A stretch of DNA of 50,051 bases from Candidatus Aminicenantes bacterium. Its GTDB lineage: Bacteria > Acidobacteriota > Aminicenantia > Aminicenantales > Aminicenantaceae. Location: contig JAWLEN010000005.1 in assembly GCA_041686095.1 (NCBI GenBank), positions 1-50,051 of the forward strand, in the 5' to 3' direction. The notes under the pieces are model-generated. The model ran no database searches. It saw only the letters and a program-made list of their open reading frames with translations, and was not told the DNA's origin. Of the stretch, positions 49,629-50,051 are shown one piece after another (the first letter of the stretch is position 1; every line of letters begins with the position of its first letter). The position numbers were made by a program, and so were the translations under genes.

Positions 49629-50024
49629 ATGAACACATTACAAATAAAAACAAATCAAAAGGAAGAATTCATCGATCTCACTTCCAAGATCCAAGACACT
49701 GTTCAGTCCTCAGGGATAAAAAACGGTTTGTGTATAGTCTATGTCCCGCATACCACAGCCGGGATTACCATAAACGAAAACGCAGATCCTTCAGTTAAGC
49801 ACGACATTCTTATGTCCCTCAAAAAAATGGTTCCGGATTCCCTAGCCTATACCCACGCAGAAGGAAATTCTCCTTCCCATATCAAGGCCAGCCTGATCGG
49901 TTCGTCAGTCGAAATAATAATTCAAGAAGGACATCTTGCATTGGGAACATGGCAGGGAATTTTCTTCTGTGAGTTTGATGGCCCCAGGCGAAGGCAAGTT
50001 TACTTACAAACCATCAAAGAATAA
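49629..50024 (+). CDS. yjbQ: YjbQ/UPF0047 family protein
   Basis: VPHTTAGITINENADP, HAEGNSPSHIK, LGTWQGIFFCEFDGPRRR. Confidence 0.93.
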   Translation: MNTLQIKTNQKEEFIDLTSKIQDTVQSSGIKNGLCIVYVPHTTAGITINENADPSVKHDILMSLKKMVPDSLAYTHAEGNSPSHIKASLIGSSVEIIIQEGHLALGTWQGIFFCEFDGPRRRQVYLQTIKE

Positions 50025-50051
50025 CTAAGAAGATATTCCAAGTTTTTCTCA

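Overview
Gene-dense, AT-rich bacterial chromosome segment, probably from an anaerobe (class III RNR present). The gene style is suggestive of Ca. Aminicenantes/Acidobacteriota, but that is inference only. About 38 CDS; I see no rRNA, tRNA, CRISPR array or transposase. Housekeeping and metabolic genes: thrC-like + cysH, tldD/pmbA, DAK2-DegV, GH2 beta-galactosidase, several peptidases, and trmJ-dut-nrdG-redoxin-nrdD with tandem NrdR boxes. Other clusters: poly-gamma-glutamate pgsB/pgsC/pgsW converging on a permease-small protein-deacylase operon, and a complete cyclic-nucleotide operon (SH3, M48, CHASE2 cyclase, MBL hydrolase, cNMP-MscS, K+ channel). The standout is an overlapping two-gene unit at 24991-31055. 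One gene encodes a 1177-aa pseudoREC-PilZ-PilZN-PilZ-LuxD-like thioesterase-SAM methyltransferase; the other an 844-aa 6TM histidine kinase-REC-HD-GYP. Together they look like a candidate undescribed fatty-acyl (methyl ester) signal synthase/receptor pair wired into a c-di-GMP feedback loop. Also present: a structured MITE family (one copy with a near-perfect 9-bp target duplication), a tolB remnant, and a truncated aldo/keto reductase. All family calls come from motif recognition, not database searches.
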